A stretch of 64,000 nt of DNA from the human T2T-CHM13v2.0 reference genome, Homo sapiens. The stretch lies in the NCBI RefSeq assembly GCF_009914755.1, contig NC_060939.1; one strand, given 5' to 3'. The position numbers were made by a program, and so were the translations under genes. The notes beneath the pieces are model-generated. The model saw only the letters and a list, made by a program, of their open reading frames with translations, ran no database searches and was not told the DNA's origin. Position 1 is the stretch's first letter. Every line of letters starts with the position of its first letter. This document shows, piece by piece, positions 56,840 through 64,000 of the stretch.

Positions 56840-58600
56840 TCAATAAAGTAGGTATTCAAGGAATATACATCAAAATAATAAGAGCCATCTATGACAAACC
56901 CACAGTCAACATCATACCAAGTGGGTGAAAGCTGGAAGCATTCCCCTTGAATACCAGCACAAGACAAAGATGCCCTCTCTCACTACTCCTATTCAACATA
57001 GTGCTGGAAATTTTGGATGAGGCAATCAGACAAGAGAAAGAAATAAAGATCATTTAAATAGGAAGAGAAGAAGTTAAACTATCCCTGTTGGCAGATGACA
57101 TATCCTATATCTGGAAAACCCCATAGTCTCAGGCCAAAGGCTCCCTAAGCTGATAACTTCAGCAAAGTCTCAGGATACAAAATCAATGTGCAAAAATCAT
57201 TAACATTCTTATACACCAACAGTCAAGCCAGGAGCCAAATCAGGAACACAATCCCATTGACAGTTGTCATACACACAAAATAAAATACCTAGGAATACAG
57301 CTAACCAGGGAGGTAGAATATTTCTACAAGGATAACTACAAAACACCACTTGAAGAAATCAGAGATGACACAAGCAAATGGAACAACATCCTATGCTCAT
57401 GGATAGAAAGAATCAATATTGTTAAAATGGCCATACTGCCCAAAGCAATTTATAGATTCAATGCTATTTCTATTCAAGTAACATTGAAATTATTTACAGA
57501 ACTAGAAAAAAAAAACTATTTTAACATCCATATGGAACCAAAAAACAGCCTGAATAGCCAAGGCAGTCCTAAACAAAAAGAACAAAGCTGGAGGCATCAT
57601 GCCGCCTGACTTACAGCTATACTTCAGGGCTACAGTAATCAAAACATCATGATACTGGTGCAAAGATGGACACATAGACTAATGGAACAAAATAGAAAAC
57701 CTAGAAATAAGGCCACACACCTACAACTTCTGATCTTGACAAACCTGACAAAAAAACAAGCAATGGAGAAAGGATTTCCTATTCAATAATTGGTGCTGGG
57801 ATAAATGGGTAGTCATATGCAGAAGATTGAAACTGGATCAATTCTATACATCATATACAAAAATTAACTCAAGATGGATTAAATACTTAAATGTAAAACC
57901 CAATACTATACAAACCCTGGAAGACGATACCATTATGGACATTGGAATGGGCAAAGATTACATGAGGAAGACACCAAAAGCAGTTGCAATAAAAGCAAAA
58001 ATTGAAAAATGACATCTAATTAAACTAGTAAGTTTCTGCATAGCAAAGGAAACTATCAATAGAGTGAACAGACAGCCTATAGAATGGGAGAAAAATTTTG
58101 CAAACTATGTATCTGACAAAGGAACTTAAATTTACAAGAAAAAAACAAACAACTCCATTAAAAAGTGGGCAAAGGACATGAACAGACATTTTTCAAGAGA
58201 AGACGTGGCCAAAAGTCATACGAGAAAAAAGCTCATAATTGATCATTAGAGAAATAAAAATCAAAACCACAATGCGATAACATGTCACACCATTCAGACT
58301 GGCTGTTACTAAAAAGTCAATAAGTAACAGATGCTGGTGAGATTGTGGAGAAAAGGGAACATTTATACGCTGTTGGTGGGAGTGTAAATTAGTTCAACCT
58401 TTGTGGAAGACAGTGTAGTGACTGCTCAGAGACCTAAAAACAGAAATAACCGTTAGACCCAAAAATCCCATTACTGGGTATATATGCAAAGTAATATAAA
58501 TCATTTAATTATAAAGACACTTGCATGTATGTGTTCACTGCAGCACTATTCACAATAGCAAAGACATGGAATCAACCTAAATTCCCATCACTTAAAGACT

Positions 58601-58893
58601 GGGGTCAGGTGTGCTGGCTCATGCCTGTAATCCCAGCACTTTGGGAGGCTGAGGTGGGTGGATCACTTGAGGTCAGGAGTTCCAGACCAGCCCGGCAAAC
58701 ATGGTGAAACCACATCTCTACTAAAAATACAAAAATTAGCCGGGCATGGTGACGGGTGCCTGTAATTCCAGCTACTCAGGAGGCTCAAGCAGGAGAATCT
58801 CTTGAACATGGGAGGTGGATGTTGCAGTGAGTAGAGATCATGTCACTGTATTCCAGCCTTGGTGACAGAGTGAGACTCCTCCTCCTCAAAAAA
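58601..58893 (+). mobile_element. AluSx-like near the L1 3' end
   Basis: Full dimer; L1 resumes at actggataaagaaaatg. Confidence 0.9.
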
Positions 58894-59320
58894 CAAATTG
58901 TAAACTGGATAAAGAAAATGTGGTACATATGCCCTGGAATACTATGCAGCCATAAAAAAATGAGATCATGTCTTGTGCAGGAACATGGATGAAGCTGGAG
59001 GCCATTATCTTTAGCAAACCAATGCAGGAACAGAAAACCAAATACCACATGTCATCACTTAAAAGTGGAAGCTAAACTATGAGAACACATGGACACATAC
59101 AGGGGAACAACATTCACTGGGACATATTGGAGGGTGGAAGGTGAGAGGAGGTAGAGGATCAGGAAAAATAACTAATGAGTACTAGACTTAATACTTGGGT
59201 GACAAAATAATCTGTCCAACAAACCCCCATGGGAAAAGTTTACCTATATAACAAGCCTGCACATGTACCTCTGAACTTAAAATAAAGGTTAAATTATAAA
59301 AGAAAGAGCAATGGATAGCG

Positions 59321-59449
59321 TATATATATATATATTATATGTATATATACACACATATATATTATATATACATATATTATATATATACATATTATATATA
59401 CACATATATATTATATATACATATATACGTATATATTATATATATATAC
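59321..59449. repeat. Imperfect (TA)n / TATACA microsatellite
   Basis: Directly visible. Confidence 0.95.
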
Positions 59450-59454
59450 TGTTT

Positions 59455-60225
59455 AGCGCAATATGTTTTCTGGAGTTTAAATGTATGTAGAACTTTAAAA
59501 ACATAGAAACAATAATATAAAATTCAGAAGAGAGTAAAATTAAAGTGTTCAAATGTCCTTGAATTGTTCAGAAAAATGTAAAATAGACAATTTACCTTCA
59601 ACTTTTAAAAGTCTGGGATGCACGTTCAATTTCTAAGGTTACCATTAAAAGCAAAATAAAACAATGTATAACTATTCAGATATCACAAGGGCAAATAGAA
59701 TCATGCTAAAATACTTGATTGATCCAAAAGGGTTCAAGAAAGGAGAGAAAAAAGAACATAGTGCAATTGTGACAAATTCTAAAACAGTAGATTTGAACCC
59801 CAGAATATATATATTTTACATTAGATGTAAATGGACTAATTACTTTGGTTAAAAGACAAAAGATTGTTAGACTATAAAACAAAATTTATGTGGTTTACTA
59901 GAGTCAAACCTTAAATACAAGGATACCGAAAGACTGAAAATAAAAGCATGGAAAAAAGCTATAATGTGAACCAAAATGAAAAGAAAATTGGTATACCTAT
60001 ACTAATATCAGACAAAGTAGAATTTAAAGGAAGAAGCATTAGCAGAAATAGAGGAATCATGAAAATATATTAAAACATGGGGATACATCTAAATTCACCC
60101 ATATACGGAAGTTTAATAGCCCTGAATACACATATTAGAAAAGAAAAATTGGTTGAAAAAAAAAAGTGGTGCAAGCTGCCATTTAAGAAGTTAAAAAAAA
60201 AGGAAGAGCAAATTTTAAAAGTATC
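59455..60225 (+). mobile_element. Ancient L1 fragment (inter-ORF region / ORF2 start)
   Basis: atgtaaatggactaa...ttaaaagacaaagattg...tactaatatcagacaaagtagaattt. Confidence 0.65.
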
Positions 60226-60232
60226 TGCATAT

Positions 60233-60238
<6 letters not shown>

Positions 60239-60279
<41 letters not shown>
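60239..60279. repeat. Perfect (TG)~20 microsatellite
   Basis: Directly visible. Confidence 0.97.
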
Positions 60280-60280
<1 letters not shown>

Positions 60281-61511
60281 TCCACATTCCTTTACTTCAA
60301 ATATCAGGGATCTGGATTAGAGTCAAAGTTTGATCAAGTCCCTTGCAAATTCAGTTATGGCTGCCTGTGGGAAAAATACCCTTCTTCTGCCTAAAGAGTT
60401 GCTGCTTTAGACCTATTGCAGCTTTATGTTATTATGGGGACTGAATAGGAAGCTGCAGTTGAAGGCATTCACAAGAAAAAACATTGCCTTTGTGTCAGTG
60501 AATCTCGTTTTTTATTATTTTGTGGCTTTCCTTCATTTGGAGATAGTTTCTGGAGTGTCTGCATTTTATTTCATCTCTCCAGAATACCCTGTCCCACGTA
60601 GGCACTGAGTGTTTTACAGGGACCCTCATTGAGTGAGACCTTATGTGCCCTTACACTTTTGTCTTAGACTAACTGCCCCTATGCCACTGATTGGCAGGAA
60701 TTGGCTATATCATCTGCCACTCTAATGTAGTGGGAATTTGTGGATTCTCCTGTGGATCTCTTCTTTACTTCAAAGGCAGACTTCTCCTTTATGTACAGTG
60801 AATAGTTTATGTACTCTCTTTTAATTCAGTCTTGCTTACCCTATGTATAGCAATAATCACCTAAAGTTTCTGCCTTGTGTATAACTTCTGTGAATTTCCA
60901 GGTACGATACAGAGTTATTCACTTATTAACATACTATCATTTCAATGGGAATTTGTAAGGGGGAAGTTCAATATATACGCTCAGATTACAATCTCTATTT
61001 AAAATCTTTCCTCCTCTCTCCATTTTCCTTAAATTTTTCCCTGAAATTTTACCTCTGCTAATTTGGAAATTATACACATATCTTGTTTTTATTTTACTGA
61101 TATTAAATATATACTTAAAAACCACATTTTAATAATTATTTTATAACTATCTCTGTCATTAGTAATTTCTTTTGATTTCTCCTTATGTAAAATGATGATT
61201 ACTTAGGCTTTTTTTTCTTTATTCCCATTTCTTGAGTTTATTATTAGAATTTGGGATTTTATCTTCAGTTTATTGGCAGTTTTTTTCTTTATATCTTTTC
61301 TTTCATGGTAGTCAAAGCATGGTTGAAACTTAATTGTGTGTGTGTATACATTATTTCAACACTCATTGTCTATCTTAATTGTGTGTGTGTGCACACAAGC
61401 AGCATTATTTCAATGCTGATTGTCAATTGCTGCTTTGAGTCCCCATTTCTTCCTTTGAGCATTCAGTTCTTCAGGTTGAATGATAGCTTTGTTGGCAGAG
61501 ATACATTTTGA

Positions 61512-61677
61512 GCTGTGCTTCTGGAATTTTAGTGTGCATATGAATCACCTAGGCATCTTGTTAAAATACAAACTTTGATTCAGTAGATCTGGAATGAGGC
61601 CCAAGAGCTTTCATTTCTAACAGATTCCCAGGTGATGTCAGTGCTGCCTGTCCATGGACCACACTTCAAGCAGCAAA
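61512..61677. mobile_element. MER5A (hAT) MITE
   Basis: gaatcacct...cttgttaaaa...gattcagtag...atttctaacag...ccaggtgatg...ggaccacactt. Confidence 0.85.
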
Positions 61678-62270
61678 ATTTTATAGACTTTTTAATTTCA
61701 GGAAAAAGTTGTAGGTCTTATACTTTATGAGTTCTTATATATCTGAAAATGACTTTTTCTTGCTTTCACACATAAACAGTGAATGGCTTATTTGAGTATA
61801 AAATTCCTAAGATACAACCTTTTCCTTTTAAGACTTGGTAGTTCCTTTCCCATAAAGCTTGGTGTACGGTGTTGCTTATAGACCTCCCAGGCCAGCTGGT
61901 TTTTTTGTAGATAACCTATTTTTTAGATAACCTGTCTGCCCATAGGAGTCTTTATTTTTTCCCTTAAGTTCAAGAGTTTTACAAGGCCATGTCTAGCTGT
62001 CAGTGTCATAATATTTATTTTACCCTGGCACATGGTGACCAACTTTTTGGTACAGATTTAGATCCTTCTCTATGGTAGGAAGATTTTTCTTCTATTATAT
62101 TATTCACTGTTGGTTCTTACCCATTTGTTTTGGCTTTTTCTTCATGAATACCAGTAATTTCTGTCTGTCTTTCACATTTATCATGTTCTCTTTAATTACT
62201 TTCCTCTTTTTTTTTTCTTTTTCTGTGCACGTAGGGGTGATTTTCAAGCTGTCATATGAACTTTTTTTCT

Positions 62271-62689
62271 TTTTTTGAGACAGTCTCACTCTGTCACCCA
62301 GGCTTGAGTACAGTGGTGCGATCTCAGCTCACTGCAACCTCTGCCTCCTAGATTCAAGTGATTCTTCTGCCTCAGCCTCCCACGTAACTGCAGTTACAGA
62401 CGTGTGCCACCACACCTGGCTGATTTTTGTTTTTAGTAGAGATGGGGTTTCACCATGTTGGCCAGGTTGGTCTCAAACTCCTGACCTCAGGTGATCTGCC
62501 CGCCTCAGCCTCCCAGAGTGCTGGGATTACAGGTGTGCACCACCACATCCACCTAATTTTTGTGTTTTTAGCAGAGATGGAGTTTCACCATGTTGACCAG
62601 GCTGGTCTCAAATTCCTGACCTCAAGTGATCCACAGTCCTCAGACTTCCAAAGTGTTGGGATTACAAGCGTTAGCCACCACGCCTGGTT
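62271..62689 (-). mobile_element. Three-arm Alu (one right arm, two left arms)
   Basis: Linker plus left-arm unit occurs twice; single TSD TGAACTTTTTT. Confidence 0.88.
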
Positions 62690-62734
62690 TGAACTTTTTT
62701 TCTGATCTGTTAACTTCTAGTGGAGTTCTTTGTT

Positions 62735-62990
62735 TATTTTTATGGGTACATAGGTGTATATATTTATGTGAGATATTTTGATGCAGTAATACAATGCATA
62801 ATAATCACAGCAAAGTAAATGGGGTATTCGTCCCTTTAAGGATTTATCATTTCTTTGTGTTATATACATTCTAATTATACTCTTTTAGGTATTTTAAAAT
62901 GTACAATAAATGGTTGTTGACTGTAATCACCCTATTGTGCAATCAAATACTAGATCTTATTCATTCTATTGAACTATGTTTTTGTACCCA
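62735..62990 (-). mobile_element. L1MA2/3-like 3' end fragment
   Basis: Same 3' UTR type as 805-1060. Confidence 0.85.
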
Positions 62991-64000
62991 ACCTAGTGAC
63001 GTTTTAAATACTGCTATGGCATTATTTATTACCTAATATTCTTTCCTTCGCTTCAAACCTGCCGCTTTTATGTGTCTGTTGTTTTAACCACCTGCGTCTT
63101 ATCCTGTATTTTTTTGTCTATTTTTAGTGTGATATCTGGCTAATTCTTACTTATTCTTCAAGGTCATGCTCTTTTAGGAAGCCTATCTTGACTGGTTAAA
63201 CTTTGGTCTTCCTGTGTTGTGCTTCCATTATAGTACTAAATGGAATATAGTACTAAATGGAATATAGTACTTGCATCCATTATAGTACTAAAATTGTTGG
63301 CAAATTAGGACCTGTTTTTGAGAAGGGATAATGACTTCATCATTCCGAGATCTGACATAGTTTCTTACATGTGATGAGGACCCAAATAGCATTTATTGAA
63401 GGAGTAAATAAATGAGTGTGTGCTCACTATCGCCTTGCATCTTTTGCCAATGCTCTTCTTTCCGCCTAAATCATCCTTTTCTCCTTGTTCTGGTTGACAC
63501 ATGGTTGATCATAAAAATGCCTTTTGAGTCCTCATTTCTTCCTTTTGCATTCATTGGCAATTCTCACTCTTTACTAGGACAGGGGCGACTCTTCTAGTGT
63601 TTCCGTAGGATCTCATGAATACCGTTGTGAGAGTGTTTATTCCGCTGTATTGTTTTATTTTTCTGTTTCCACAATTGAGACAAAATTTTAGGTGGCATAG
63701 ATGGTGTAATTCATCTCTTTATGCTGTGCCCACATGATTATTGATGTATGGTATAAATTTAATACATTTTATTCCATAAATTAATAGAGAAATGAAGTAA
63801 TGTATTTCTGGGTTGATAAAAAAACTCCATGACTATAGTATGGGTCTGTGGGATAGGTAAGGATGGGTAATTCTATGAAGAATATTGAAAACTATGTTGG
63901 GGAGTATGGACTTTTAACAAATATTTAAAAACATCATTTTTTTCAACAATGTACATGTATATAGTTTAAAGAGCCAAATGACTCATGTAGGCTTGAGGTG

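Overview
Human (primate) genomic DNA, almost entirely intronic and repeat-derived. It contains one real coding exon: 128 nt on the + strand at 49923-50050, encoding [44 protein letters not shown] recognise this as the start of the first thrombospondin type-1 repeat of ADAMTSL3 (punctin-2, 15q25.2), so the window is most likely that gene's large 5' introns. The exon is missing from the supplied ORF track; the listed ORFs are Alu, L1, LTR or chance frames, apart from those overlapping the tubulin retrocopy. Other contents: a TUBA1C-like processed pseudogene fragment (5' end intact, 3' end missing), two long L1s, a twin-primed inverted L1, a complete THE1 MaLR provirus, solo LTRs, DNA transposon MITEs, a CR1/L3 RT fossil and about 20 Alus, including a young AluYb8. 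I see no convincing new biological system. The most interesting signals are a possible poison exon in the tubulin retrocopy, inverted Alus bracketing the exon, and several repair-like scars (short local or Alu copies pasted into older repeats without TSDs). Repeat subfamily names come from recalled consensus sequences, and boundaries of old repeats are approximate.
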